A stretch of DNA of 64,000 bases from Candidatus Iainarchaeum sp. (GCA_017610175.1 JAFCCO010000003.1:1-64000); one strand, 5' to 3'; positions 45,488 through 55,177 are shown, numbered from the stretch's first letter. Notes: a model not told the origin generated them from the sequence alone. A program made the numbers and translations.

Positions 45488-45654
45488 TGAATTTTGCAGA
45501 GGAAGAAAAAGCCCAGGGTTCAATGGAATACCTCATAATATTGGCAGGCACCGTATTTGTAGCGGTTGCAGTAGGATTGTATCTTAAAAGTGTTCCGTCA
45601 CAAACAGAACACAGAGTAGCTCAAGAAACACATGCAGCAATTCACGGTTTTTAA
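45487..45654 (+). CDS. Short class III pilin 1
   Basis: Not in the ORF track (55 aa): MNFAEEEKA|QGSMEYLIILAGTVFVAVAVGLYLKSVPSQTEHRVAQETHAAIHGF; GGAGG upstream. Confidence 0.85.
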   Translation: MNFAEEEKAQGSMEYLIILAGTVFVAVAVGLYLKSVPSQTEHRVAQETHAAIHGF

Positions 45655-45673
45655 AAAAAATGGAGGAAATAAG

Positions 45674-45850
45674 ATGGATGAAAAAGCACAAGGAGCACTA
45701 GAATACCTACTCCTAATAGGAGGCGCAGTACTAGTAGCAGCAATCGTCCTCACACTCGTCACAGGACTTGCCACAACAGGACAACACACAACACATGTAG
45801 GTGGCACAAAGGTCAGTGGCCAGCTAAACGCGCTTAATGCACTGTCATAA
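45674..45850 (+). CDS. Short class III pilin 2 (probable major pilin)
   Basis: MDEKA|QGALEYLLLIGGAVLVAAIV; GGAGG ribosome-binding site. Confidence 0.9.
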   Translation: MDEKAQGALEYLLLIGGAVLVAAIVLTLVTGLATTGQHTTHVGGTKVSGQLNALNALS

Positions 45851-45955
45851 ATATTATATTAATACGCGGAGGTGCAAAAAAATGGATGAAAAAGCACAAG
45901 GAGCACTAGAATACCTACTCCTAATAGGAGGCGCAGTACTAGTAGCAGCAATCGT
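45674..45955 (+). repeat. 74-nt perfect direct repeat at the 5' ends of pilins 2 and 3
   Basis: 45674-45747 and 45882-45955 are identical (atggatgaaaaagcacaaggagcactagaatacctactcctaataggaggcgcagtactagtagcagcaatcgt). Confidence 0.9.
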
Positions 45956-46061
45956 AATTGTTCTGCTTTCAGGACTGACAGGTACACCGCTCCACGCAAG
46001 CGAACAAGCAAATGCAAAACTGAACATAGGGTACTCAAGCCTTAACGCCCAGGCAAAATAA
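45882..46061 (+). CDS. Short class III pilin 3 (probable major pilin)
   Basis: MDEKA|QGALEYLLLIGGAVLVAAIV; GGAGGTG ribosome-binding site. Confidence 0.9.
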   Translation: MDEKAQGALEYLLLIGGAVLVAAIVIVLLSGLTGTPLHASEQANAKLNIGYSSLNAQAK

Positions 46062-46087
46062 TTGCCTGGCAAAAAGAGGATCTAAAC

Positions 46088-46243
46088 ATGGACGAAAAGG
46101 CTCAGGGGGCAATAGAATACTTGCTTTTGATAGCGGGAGCAGTGCTAGTAGCAGCAGCAGTTCTTGCATTTATGACATTTATAGTGCCGCAAACAAAGAA
46201 TACCGCTAATACAAAACTGGTAAATTTCCTCCACGCCATCTGA
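46088..46243 (+). CDS. Short class III pilin 4
   Basis: Not in the ORF track (51 aa): MDEKA|QGAIEYLLLIAGAVLVAAAVLAFMTFIVPQTKNTANTKLVNFLHAI; GAGG upstream. Confidence 0.85.
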   Translation: MDEKAQGAIEYLLLIAGAVLVAAAVLAFMTFIVPQTKNTANTKLVNFLHAI

Positions 46244-46279
46244 GCCAAATTATTTTTACTTAAAAACAAAGGTTTTTGC

Positions 46280-46453
46280 ATGGAAGAAAAAGCACAGGTT
46301 GCATTTGAATATCTCTTAACCGCCCTTTTTGGAATAGTGCTTGCAATATCCGCAGCAATACTGGTTGACACCATAAGGGGAATCTCACTGGTAGCGCAAG
46401 GTGAAATACTTGAGTACAGGGATGACACAATTTCTGCATTGATGCAGGGCTGA
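46280..46453 (+). CDS. Short class III pilin 5
   Basis: Not in the ORF track (57 aa): MEEKA|QVAFEYLLTALFGIVLAISAAILVDTIRGISLVAQGEILEYRDDTISALMQG. Confidence 0.8.
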   Translation: MEEKAQVAFEYLLTALFGIVLAISAAILVDTIRGISLVAQGEILEYRDDTISALMQG

Positions 46454-46462
46454 GGTGTTCCA

Positions 46463-47548
46463 ATGCCCTGGAATCAAATTCTCGTTCTCATTTCCATAGC
46501 AGGATTAGGGATTGCAACATACACTGATTTAAAGCAAAGAATGGTTAGGAACTGGCTCACCTATTCCCTTATTGCAGGGGGGCTTGCAGGAAACCTTGTT
46601 CTTGCAATAATCGAATCACGCCCCGAAATATTCATACTGTCCGCAATAGCAACAGTGTTCGGATTTGGCTTTGCATACCTACTGTGGAAAATGGGCGTGT
46701 GGGCCGGAGGAGATGTAAAGCTGTTTACCGGTTTGGCCGCACTTAACCCGGTTGCCCCGCTTGCATTTGGCTGGATCTCACTATTCCCAATTGCACTTTT
46801 TGTGTTCTCCATTTTCGCAGTACTCCCCTACGGAATAATTATTGCACTGCACGGCCTGATGAAACGAAATGAAGAAAGGAAGAAAGTAATCAAAGACTCG
46901 GCAGTGAAAGTAAAGCAAACAATTCAAATCGGGCTTGCAATAGTGGGGCTTTCATGGATTCTGGGAATGTTCAACATACCCGCACTAGCCATAATCCCCA
47001 TATTAATCGTGTTTGGAATGATAAAAAACGCAAAAGCAATGTGGGCAATTGCCACATTGCTATTTGCGGCAAGTGCATTTAATGCCCCGATTGCAAGCAT
47101 TACAAATTTCGTTGTAATCTTTGCCCTGTTCTTTGGATTCTACCTATTCATAAAACTTTACACAGTATCCAAAATAATCCTGAGGGAAGAGAAAAAAATA
47201 AGTGAACTGGAAGAGGGGGACATTCCTGTTGAATCAATAATTGAATTGGATGGAAACGTAAAAAGAGTAGCCCCCCTGGAAATAAAAACAATTATTAACT
47301 ACCTCGCGAATAATAAAGTACAGGAACTGCTGCAATTACTGCAGTCAAAAGGGAGGGTGATTGCAAACAACAAGAGAGCAAGAGGGCTTACGGACGAGGA
47401 AATAGAAGAGCTCAACGGGCTTGTTAAAAGCAAAAAGTTGAGCAATCTGCTTCAGGTGAAGCTTTCTGCACCGTTTGTTCCCGCATTGTTAATTGCATAT
47501 ATCACACTTTACTTGATTGGAGATTTTGTATGGGCTTTGGTCTTATGA
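46463..47548 (+). CDS. Prepilin peptidase, A24 family (EppA-like long form)
   Basis: YTDLK and WAGGDVKL catalytic Asp motifs, extra TM helices, C-terminal PFVPALL. Confidence 0.9.
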   Translation: MPWNQILVLISIAGLGIATYTDLKQRMVRNWLTYSLIAGGLAGNLVLAIIESRPEIFILSAIATVFGFGFAYLLWKMGVWAGGDVKLFTGLAALNPVAPLAFGWISLFPIALFVFSIFAVLPYGIIIALHGLMKRNEERKKVIKDSAVKVKQTIQIGLAIVGLSWILGMFNIPALAIIPILIVFGMIKNAKAMWAIATLLFAASAFNAPIASITNFVVIFALFFGFYLFIKLYTVSKIILREEKKISELEEGDIPVESIIELDGNVKRVAPLEIKTIINYLANNKVQELLQLLQSKGRVIANNKRARGLTDEEIEELNGLVKSKKLSNLLQVKLSAPFVPALLIAYITLYLIGDFVWALVL

Positions 47549-48024
47549 AAAACAGGAAAGGACAAATATCTATTGAGTTTATACTCATAATACTCATCGT
47601 TCTTGTATACATAACTTCCGTTATTCAGCCAACGGTAAAAATAGCCACCGAAACAACCTGGGACATTACAAGGCTTTCTGAGACAAAATTTGCAGCACAA
47701 AAACTTGCAGCCGCAATAAACCAGCTTGAAGCAAGCGGCGGAGACGGGAAAAAAACAATAAGCCTGTTTGTCCCAAAAGGCGCGGTGGTTGAATGCACCG
47801 GCATAGCATCAATAGACTTCACAGCGTCACTGGGCAGCTTGTCAGTTCCCCCTGTGTGCGATCCTATTGGAAGGGAATGCGCCGGATCAATTGAACTCGT
47901 TTCAGGAATAAGCGGCCTTAACTGTTTTGGAGGAAGCCCAATTGATGCAAGTGCAAGCAACATCTTTAGAAAAGTTGAAGTTATAAAGGACATAACCGGA
48001 ATTAGGGTTGCTTATGCCTCTTAA
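47545..48024 (+). CDS. Class III signal peptide minor pilin
   Basis: MKNRKG|QISIEFILIILIV; Cys-containing globular domain. Confidence 0.85.
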   Translation: MKNRKGQISIEFILIILIVLVYITSVIQPTVKIATETTWDITRLSETKFAAQKLAAAINQLEASGGDGKKTISLFVPKGAVVECTGIASIDFTASLGSLSVPPVCDPIGRECAGSIELVSGISGLNCFGGSPIDASASNIFRKVEVIKDITGIRVAYAS

Positions 48025-48361
48025 CAAAAAAGGGCAGGTGAGCTTTGAACTGTTAATGCTGACAGCCATCATTTTTGTAACCGCCATCTGGACAAGCGGA
48101 TACTACCTAGATATAAAGGATTCAACACTGGCAATACAATTATCAAAAGCCCAGTCAATTCTGGAAATTGAGGAAGAAGACGACCTCTACACAATTGAAA
48201 AAATAGAATTTGTGGAAGTAACGAACGAACAAATAGATATTACAGTAAGATTCTGCCCGGACTCAACAATTGATTTTGATGAAGGGGCGCTTGCAACGAA
48301 GATAACACAAAACACAAAGTACACCACCGCAAACATTGGAGTGGTGGACGGCTCCTGCTAA
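48014..48361 (+). CDS. Class III signal peptide minor pilin
   Basis: MPLNKKG|QVSFELLML. Confidence 0.8.
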   Translation: MPLNKKGQVSFELLMLTAIIFVTAIWTSGYYLDIKDSTLAIQLSKAQSILEIEEEDDLYTIEKIEFVEVTNEQIDITVRFCPDSTIDFDEGALATKITQNTKYTTANIGVVDGSC

Positions 48362-48418
48362 ACGTTCTTCGACGAAAAGAAAACCTGTTTTTAATTGTTT
48401 TTCAAACAAGCACATGCT

Positions 48419-48781
48419 ATGCTTAAAGAAAGACACCTCGCAGCCACTGCCGCTTTGATTGCAGTGTGCGGCATTGCACTAATAGCAGCAGCAAACGCAT
48501 TGGTCGAATACAAAGAAACAAGCATTGCGGAAATTGATGGCGGCAGCATAGGAAAAAGAGTACTGGTTTTTGGGCACATTGAGTGGGCTCTGCAAAAAGA
48601 CAACTTTGTTCTGCTCACACTAAACGACGGGGCAAAAATAAAAGTAGTAGCTTTCTCTCCGACTAAAGAAGAGCGGGCAATTCTTGCACGCGGAGCATAT
48701 GTCTCAGTCAAGGGAACAGTGAAACAATACAAAAACGAGATTGAAATTGTCGCAGAGGAAGTGAATGAGTGGAAGGGATAA
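48419..48781 (+). CDS. Membrane-anchored OB-fold protein
   Basis: N-terminal TM helix; IGKRVLVFGHI...LTLNDG..IKVVAF...VSVKGTVKQYKNEIEIVAEEV is an OB-fold pattern. Confidence 0.75.
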   Translation: MLKERHLAATAALIAVCGIALIAAANALVEYKETSIAEIDGGSIGKRVLVFGHIEWALQKDNFVLLTLNDGAKIKVVAFSPTKEERAILARGAYVSVKGTVKQYKNEIEIVAEEVNEWKG

Positions 48782-49971
48782 TGCTGGCCGTGGTTGCGGG
48801 CTGCATTATTGGAACTGTAACAGGGCTGGTTCCCGGATTGCATGTGAACACAGTTGCAGTGCTTGCAGTCTCCATTCTCAGAGAAAACGCAGGCTTTGAA
48901 ACCGTAATATTAATCGCAAGTGCGGGCATCGTGCACACCTTCCTTGATTTTATCCCAAGCATCTGCCTGGGCGCACCAAGCGATGAAAGCTTTCTGTCAG
49001 TACTGCCAGGACAACGATTTTTTCTCAAAGGAAAAGGCCATTACGCGGTGTCACTAACTGTTTGGGGTGGGCTGGCAGCAGGAACTATGGCAATTGCATT
49101 TGCCCCCCTGTTCATAAAGTTTGTGCAAGCAAATGTCACAACCATAAACTCAATTCTGCCTTTTGTGCTGCTGTCTGTCATCGCACTAATGGTTTTTGAC
49201 GAAAAGGGATTTAAAAGAAAAGGCATTGCACTCACTGTTGTAGTTTTTTCCGCAGTGTTGGGGGTTGTGGTGTTGCGCGAGACAAGCATTGTGAAAAACC
49301 CTCTTTTGCCGCTCGTTTCAGGCTTCTTTGGAGCCGCACCCCTGCTTCACACAATAAAAAGCAAGCCAATTGCAAGAAAACAAGTGACTGAATTTGTTAA
49401 AACACGTTTCGCGCTGGTTTCAAAAAACTCAGCAATTGGATTGGCTGGAGCGGCATTTGTCTCACTCTTCCCCGGAATCGGGCCAAGCCAAGCCGCACTC
49501 ACCATAAAAACAACAGCCGGAAAAATTAAGGCAAATGAATACCTTGTTGTACTGGGTGGAATAAATACTGCAAACATGCTTTTTTCAATCGCAGCACTCT
49601 ATGCAATCGGAACAACAAGAACGGGAATTGCCGCAGCAATAAAGCAAGTTATTGAATTGGATTCAGTGCACTTGCCATCCCTTGCAGGCGCATCACTTGC
49701 AGCAATCGCATTCGGTGCAATTGCAACAATTATTATTTCAAAAAAATTCATTAATGTAATTTCCGGCATTGAATATGCACGAATCAACGAAACCGTGCTG
49801 GTGATTCTTACCGCAAGCGTTTTTATGCTCTCCAATTTCCCGGGGATGATTGCATTTGCAAGCGCAACCGCAATAGGCTTTGCGGCAATTTCACTCAAAG
49901 TCAAAAGAAGTAATTGTATGGCCTTCCTTATGGTGCCTGCAATCCTTCAGTACACAAGTCTATTCATTTGA
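48769..49971 (+). CDS. TctA-like (tripartite tricarboxylate transporter family, archaeal DUF112 type) permease
   Basis: GTVTGLVPGLHVN, HTFLDFIPSICLGAP, SVLPG and FPGIGPSQA motifs; about 11 TM helices. Confidence 0.85.
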   Translation: MEGIMLAVVAGCIIGTVTGLVPGLHVNTVAVLAVSILRENAGFETVILIASAGIVHTFLDFIPSICLGAPSDESFLSVLPGQRFFLKGKGHYAVSLTVWGGLAAGTMAIAFAPLFIKFVQANVTTINSILPFVLLSVIALMVFDEKGFKRKGIALTVVVFSAVLGVVVLRETSIVKNPLLPLVSGFFGAAPLLHTIKSKPIARKQVTEFVKTRFALVSKNSAIGLAGAAFVSLFPGIGPSQAALTIKTTAGKIKANEYLVVLGGINTANMLFSIAALYAIGTTRTGIAAAIKQVIELDSVHLPSLAGASLAAIAFGAIATIIISKKFINVISGIEYARINETVLVILTASVFMLSNFPGMIAFASATAIGFAAISLKVKRSNCMAFLMVPAILQYTSLFI

Positions 49972-49982
49972 CTGCAAATGAC

Positions 49983-50522
49983 TTAATGCTTAACCCCAAC
50001 AACCAATTGGTTGCCGCCAAACAAGAATTGCCTACTCTTTACCACGTCGAAACCAGCACTCTCAATTATTGAGACAAGATCGTCAATTGAAAAAATATTT
50101 TTATGGTCTTGAGCGTCGTGAGCCGATGTCAAACCCAATTTTGCAAGGTAATGATGCAAAGCATTTCCCGCTTTAGATGGAGTGGTGACAACCAACACCC
50201 CTTTCTTGTTAAGACAGGCATAAAGATTTAACAGAAGTGAATTACAATCAGATACGTGTTCAATAACCGCCAGGAGGGCAATCGAATCAAACTTACCCAA
50301 GTCAGACAGATTATTCAAAGCACTGCGCCTAAAAAAAGAAAAATCGTCTGCCGGTTGCTGCAGCACATCAATTCCAACATATTTAGAGGAGTCAGCCAAA
50401 TAATGCCTCAACCCCCCTTGTCTGCACCCAACATCCAAAACCTTTCCGCTCAGAAAGGATTTAGCTATCTTAAACCTCTGCTTTTCAAGAAATCCACTTA
50501 ACATGCCCCGTTTCCTCGCCAT
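49983..50522 (-). CDS. Class I SAM-dependent methyltransferase
   Basis: VLDVGC, YVGID, FDSI...AVIEHV and GVLVVTTP motifs. Confidence 0.88.
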   Translation of the reverse strand: MARKRGMLSGFLEKQRFKIAKSFLSGKVLDVGCRQGGLRHYLADSSKYVGIDVLQQPADDFSFFRRSALNNLSDLGKFDSIALLAVIEHVSDCNSLLLNLYACLNKKGVLVVTTPSKAGNALHHYLAKLGLTSAHDAQDHKNIFSIDDLVSIIESAGFDVVKSRQFLFGGNQLVVGVKH

Positions 50523-50543
50523 CCCAGATCACAACACGCGCAA

Positions 50544-51425
50544 TTATTTTGATTTAGTACTCATATCTGCCAGAAAGCCAAAAAGGATTACCTGCAACCC
50601 TGAAATCAGCAGAAGAAGCATTAACAAAAGCAGTCCTGTGTGCCCCTGGATCCCGCTAGTAAAATGGAGAAAAGTAAAATATAAACCAAGAACAAAACCT
50701 GTTGCGAACAATGCAGCTCCAATAGAGCCAAAAAATTTAAGCGGCGCAAAATCGCGGTATACGCGAAGCAGGTTAATGCCCGCCCTTACTGCATATTCCA
50801 GTGGATGTGCAATGAGTCTGCTCTCGTCATTGCGCTTTGCAAAATAAGCGGGAATTTCGACTACTGCAAAATTGTTTCGCACAGCACGCACCACTTGCTC
50901 TTGAGTATAAGTGTGGTTGGAAATTATTGCAAGCCGGGCTATGTCTGTATTAAATGCCCTAAACCCTGTTTGCGGGTCCGTTATCTTCCTGTGAACAATC
51001 TGAGAAATTACTTTTGCAAACGCAATATTTCCAAGTCTCTTAAGAAAAGGCATCTGCTCGATTGTCCCCAAAAACCTGCTTCCCAATACAAGATCGTTTC
51101 CCTCCTTCATCTTCTCAAGCAAGGAAGGAATTTCATCGGCACGGTATTGCAAATCAGCATCAATATGAACAATAGCATCGGCGTTAAGCTTGAGCACCTG
51201 TTGCATTTCAGTGCGAAAAGTTGATGCAAGGCCCATATTACGCCTGTGGCTGAAGACCTTCGCTCCTGCGGCCCTTGCAAGGCTTGCCGTGCGGTCTGTG
51301 GACCCGTCATCAACAACCAGAATAGAAAAGTCGGTTCCCGACATCGCATCCTTAATTTCTGCAATTTGCCGGGATATTGTGCCTTCTTCATTAAAAGCCG
51401 GTATTGACACAACAATTTGTCCCAA
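50544..51425 (-). CDS. Glycosyltransferase family 2 (polyprenol-phosphate glycosyltransferase-like)
   Basis: IPAFNEE, VVDDGSTD, IDADLQY, GSRF, DPQTGFRA motifs and two C-terminal TM helices. Confidence 0.92.
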   Translation of the reverse strand: MGQIVVSIPAFNEEGTISRQIAEIKDAMSGTDFSILVVDDGSTDRTASLARAAGAKVFSHRRNMGLASTFRTEMQQVLKLNADAIVHIDADLQYRADEIPSLLEKMKEGNDLVLGSRFLGTIEQMPFLKRLGNIAFAKVISQIVHRKITDPQTGFRAFNTDIARLAIISNHTYTQEQVVRAVRNNFAVVEIPAYFAKRNDESRLIAHPLEYAVRAGINLLRVYRDFAPLKFFGSIGAALFATGFVLGLYFTFLHFTSGIQGHTGLLLLMLLLLISGLQVILFGFLADMSTKSK

Positions 51426-51498
51426 AGAGATCCCCTATAAATTATAACCCAACAAGTATTAATAAGTTTAGTTTAGAAGACAATTAGGTGTTGATTTT

Positions 51499-53256
51499 TT
51501 GTTTGGGCTTTTGCTAACAATCATTATTTACACGCTTCCGGGATTTCTTATTTTGGAATGCTTCAAATTCAAGGGAGCAAACAAAATTCTGCTTGGAACC
51601 GCGGTCTCCCTTGCAGTGACCCCAGCCATTATGTACAGCCTATCGCTCGTGGTGCCGATTAACACAGTTGCAGTCACATTGTACTCCCTTGCCCTGCTTG
51701 CACTTGCCTATTCAAAAAGAAAATCCCTTAGACTCGAATTGGGGGCAATCCTTCAGACTCACACACCAAGCAACGCTTTGGAAAAAACCGCTCTTGTCCT
51801 TATGTTTGCTATAATTACAGTCATTAGCACATACCTTATTTTGGCGCCACCTGTTTACTGGGACGACCTCACATACCATGTGCCCTTAATTAATGATTTT
51901 GCAGAAGATGGGCAATTTGAAACCTATGCGCAGCCAAAAAATGACTTCGAGCTTCGATCAAATCGCTATCCCCTTCTCTTTGAAACAGCAGTCGGCATCC
52001 CAAAAATGCTTTCCCCTTTCCCTGCATGGAAACTTGTGCCAGCCATTGCATTTGCTCTCGCAGCATACACCATATTTCTTCTCTCCAAGGAAGCCAAAAA
52101 ACCCACTGTCTGGGGGGCGGTGCTGTTTGTTTCAACCATTGAAATCCTATGGCACTCCGCCGCCTCATTCTATGTCGACATCTACCTGAGCATGCTTATT
52201 GCGGGAGCGGTGTATTTTGCACTAAGATTCTTAAAGGAACGTCAGAAAGCCCTTCTCTTCGCAAGCAGCTTGTTCATTGGAACCGCAATACTTACAAAAT
52301 TTACAGGAATAATTTTTGCAGCCCTGCTCATTGCCTTCATCGCCTTTAAAACCAGAAAAATAAAAACAGGCCTTTGCGCCGCACTAAGTGCACTGGCGGT
52401 AAGCGCAGCATATGCAGTAAGTCAGCTGCTGAGTTACGGCTTTAACACAAATGTTGGCATAGCAAACTATGGCACAATTTCAGAAAATGGAATTGCCCAC
52501 TCTTTTTTGAGGAATATTTCAATGACTGCATCAATACTGGGAAACTTTTTGCTAACATTTAGGTTTTCACCGGTAGTGCTGGTTTTATTTGCTGCATCGA
52601 TTGTAAAAAATCGCAAAAACACTCAGGCTCTTTTAAACCACGCAACGCTTTTGCTGGGAATCGGTTTCTTGTTGGCAACATTTTTTTCAAAGGCATTCCC
52701 CACCCCCACCGGCCTGCCAAGATACCTGTTTCCAATTTATGGGCTTTCATGCGCTTCGGCTGGAGCTTACATAACCTCAATAGACAGAGGGTTGATGAAA
52801 AAAATCGTAATGGCAATGGCTCTTGTGAGTATACTGCTTGGGTTCTTTGTCATTGTTGACGAGTTTGGCCCAAAAATTGAATATTACAGTGCACAAGGCC
52901 CAGAATTGTCATCAGGGGGAATGCCAATTCCAAATGAAAAAGGGATTCGTGTTTTTTTCCCAATTTCCAATGCTTTTGTCCTAGGGCTTGAAAAAACAGA
53001 CCTACGTGACTTTCAGTCCTACAAACATATTGACTCAAATGTGTGTCGCTTTCTAACGGAGCAAGAAATAGACTATGTTGTTCTAGCGGCATTTGACCTG
53101 TGGAAAAGTGAAACAACACGCTTTGGAACTACACGCCTTGGTGTCACGAAAGTCGAATTTGTAAAAAATCTTGAGATTGAAATGGAAAAAAAGGGCTGCA
53201 TAGAAATTATCGGTGGGCAAAATAGGTTTACTACAACACTAAAGGTAAGGAGATAG
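51499..53256 (+). CDS. Multi-pass GT-C-like membrane glycosyltransferase (PMT/ArnT-like)
   Basis: About 14 TM helices; WDDLTYH, YPLL, YVDI, LTKFTG and RYLFP motifs; divergent from the GT2 gene. Confidence 0.7.
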   Translation: MFGLLLTIIIYTLPGFLILECFKFKGANKILLGTAVSLAVTPAIMYSLSLVVPINTVAVTLYSLALLALAYSKRKSLRLELGAILQTHTPSNALEKTALVLMFAIITVISTYLILAPPVYWDDLTYHVPLINDFAEDGQFETYAQPKNDFELRSNRYPLLFETAVGIPKMLSPFPAWKLVPAIAFALAAYTIFLLSKEAKKPTVWGAVLFVSTIEILWHSAASFYVDIYLSMLIAGAVYFALRFLKERQKALLFASSLFIGTAILTKFTGIIFAALLIAFIAFKTRKIKTGLCAALSALAVSAAYAVSQLLSYGFNTNVGIANYGTISENGIAHSFLRNISMTASILGNFLLTFRFSPVVLVLFAASIVKNRKNTQALLNHATLLLGIGFLLATFFSKAFPTPTGLPRYLFPIYGLSCASAGAYITSIDRGLMKKIVMAMALVSILLGFFVIVDEFGPKIEYYSAQGPELSSGGMPIPNEKGIRVFFPISNAFVLGLEKTDLRDFQSYKHIDSNVCRFLTEQEIDYVVLAAFDLWKSETTRFGTTRLGVTKVEFVKNLEIEMEKKGCIEIIGGQNRFTTTLKVRR

Positions 53257-53258
53257 TT

Positions 53259-53627
53259 ATGAGTCTGAAATTAAAACGCCAAACACTTGAAACCATCTGC
53301 GAGGCCTCAAAAAACGTTTACCCAAAAGAATTCATTGCAATGCTTGGAATGAGTGAAGGAAAAGCAATTGATGAAATAGTGGTATTGCCGGCAACCTTTG
53401 GAGAAAACTTTTCATCAATTCGCACAGACTTGCTCCCTGTTGATGCAAGCGTCGTGGGTTCAGTGCATTCACACCCCTCACCCCACCCTTATCCAAGCGG
53501 AGCAGATTTAAATGTTTTCAGAAAAACAGGAAAAATACATTTAATAATTGCTTACCCCTTTTCTTTTAAGAGCGTAAGGGCATTTGATGCAAAGGGCATT
53601 GAATTACAGCTGGAAGTGGTTGAGTGA
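53259..53627 (+). CDS. JAMM/MPN+ (Mov34) metalloprotease
   Basis: YPKEF...GSVHSHPS...PSGADL JAMM motif. Confidence 0.92.
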   Translation: MSLKLKRQTLETICEASKNVYPKEFIAMLGMSEGKAIDEIVVLPATFGENFSSIRTDLLPVDASVVGSVHSHPSPHPYPSGADLNVFRKTGKIHLIIAYPFSFKSVRAFDAKGIELQLEVVE

Positions 53628-55144
53628 AAAAAGTAATCTTTGTAATAAGGGACGGGTGGGGCTACAGGAAAAGCAAGGAAAACAATGCAATAGCAAAAGC
53701 AAATACCCCTAATACAGACCGTTTAATGCGCGAATACCCAAATACCCTGCTTGGATGCACTGGAAAAGCCGTCGGACTGGCAGACGGATTTCAGGGAAAT
53801 TCAGAGGTCGGGCACTTGACGATTGGGGCGGGGAGGATTATTTTCCAGCCAATGGAGAGAATAAACAAATCAATTGAAGACGGTGATTTCTTTGAAAACA
53901 AGGCATTTCTAGAGGCTGTTGAAAACTGCAAGCGCAACAAAACAAGCCTGCACCTGATTGGATTGCTGCAAAGCGAAGGGGTGCATGCACACGAAAAGCA
54001 TCTTTATGCCCTGCTTGAGCTATGCAAGAGAGAGAACCTTGAAAACATACGGGTTCACGTGGTTACCGATGGGCGGGATGCGCCGGTAAACGACGGAATA
54101 AAACATGTGAGAAAATTAAAGGAAAAAATGAAAGAGCTTGGGATTGGAAAAATTGCCACACTCTCAGGGCGATACTTTACAATGGACCGTGATAAGCGAT
54201 GGGACCGCACAAAAAAAGCATATGACTGCATTGTAAATGCAGAATGCGGTGAGTTTGGGGAAATAGAAAAAAAGATAGGGGAAAATTATGCAAAAGGCGA
54301 GACAGACGAGTTTGCAGAACCCGTTAAGACAAAAGATTATTTGGGAATTAAGGAAAATGATTCAGTTATATTCTTCAACTTCAGAACAGACAGGCCAAGG
54401 CAGTTGACCCAGGCAATAGTTGAAAAAAAATTCGACGGCTGGAAAAGGAAAGCGATGAACGTTTTCTACGTTGGAATGACCTCTTATTATAAGCCAATGA
54501 ATGCAAAAGTCGCATTTGGGAACATAAAAATTGAAAACCTACTTGGGCAAGTTGTGAGCGAGTCTGGAATAAAACAGCTCCGCATTTCTGAAACCGAAAA
54601 GTATGCACACGTAACCTTCTTCTTCAACGGGCAAATAGAAAAACCGGCCAAGGGGGAGGATCGCCTGCTTGTGGCTTCACCAAAAGTTGCGACCTATGAT
54701 TTAAAGCCTGAAATGAGCGCTTTTGAAGTTACAGAAAAGCTGGTTCGGGAAATAAAAAAAGACAAATACGGCTTCATTGTTGTGAACCTTGTGAACTGCG
54801 ACCTTGTTGGGCACACGGGCAAAGAAAAAGCTTCATTGAAAGCCGCTGAAACTGTTGACAACTGTGTTGGGCAAATTGTGAGTGCCGGGCTTGAAAAAGA
54901 TTATGTGCTCTTTATATTTGCGGACCACGGGAACCTTGAGGACCAAAGCGACGAGTGGAGAACATCACACACAAAGAACAAAGTACAGTTTATGCTTATT
55001 TCCAATGCCCCTGAGCTAAAAAATGCAAAACTTATTGAAGGAAAGGGCTTGCAGGACATTGCACCAACCGCAATTGAGCTGATGGGATTGGAGAAACCGG
55101 CTGAAATGACAGGTAAAAACCTTGTATCAACGAGCCGACACTAA
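53624..55144 (+). CDS. gpmI: 2,3-bisphosphoglycerate-independent phosphoglycerate mutase (bacterial type)
   Basis: DGWG, GNSEVGH, DGRD, GRYFTMDRD, FNFRTDR, ETEKYAHVTFFFNG, DLVGHTG and ADHGN motifs. Confidence 0.96.
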   Translation: MKKVIFVIRDGWGYRKSKENNAIAKANTPNTDRLMREYPNTLLGCTGKAVGLADGFQGNSEVGHLTIGAGRIIFQPMERINKSIEDGDFFENKAFLEAVENCKRNKTSLHLIGLLQSEGVHAHEKHLYALLELCKRENLENIRVHVVTDGRDAPVNDGIKHVRKLKEKMKELGIGKIATLSGRYFTMDRDKRWDRTKKAYDCIVNAECGEFGEIEKKIGENYAKGETDEFAEPVKTKDYLGIKENDSVIFFNFRTDRPRQLTQAIVEKKFDGWKRKAMNVFYVGMTSYYKPMNAKVAFGNIKIENLLGQVVSESGIKQLRISETEKYAHVTFFFNGQIEKPAKGEDRLLVASPKVATYDLKPEMSAFEVTEKLVREIKKDKYGFIVVNLVNCDLVGHTGKEKASLKAAETVDNCVGQIVSAGLEKDYVLFIFADHGNLEDQSDEWRTSHTKNKVQFMLISNAPELKNAKLIEGKGLQDIAPTAIELMGLEKPAEMTGKNLVSTSRH

Positions 55145-55177
55145 TTTTAAATAGTAGCTAAGGCTTAATACTAGCGC

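Noticed and set aside
45674-46150. CRISPR-like or diversity-generating-retroelement repeats in the pilin array
   Set aside because: The repeats are in-frame pilin N-termini; there is no regular repeat-spacer period, no cas or reverse transcriptase gene, and no adenine-specific mismatch pattern.
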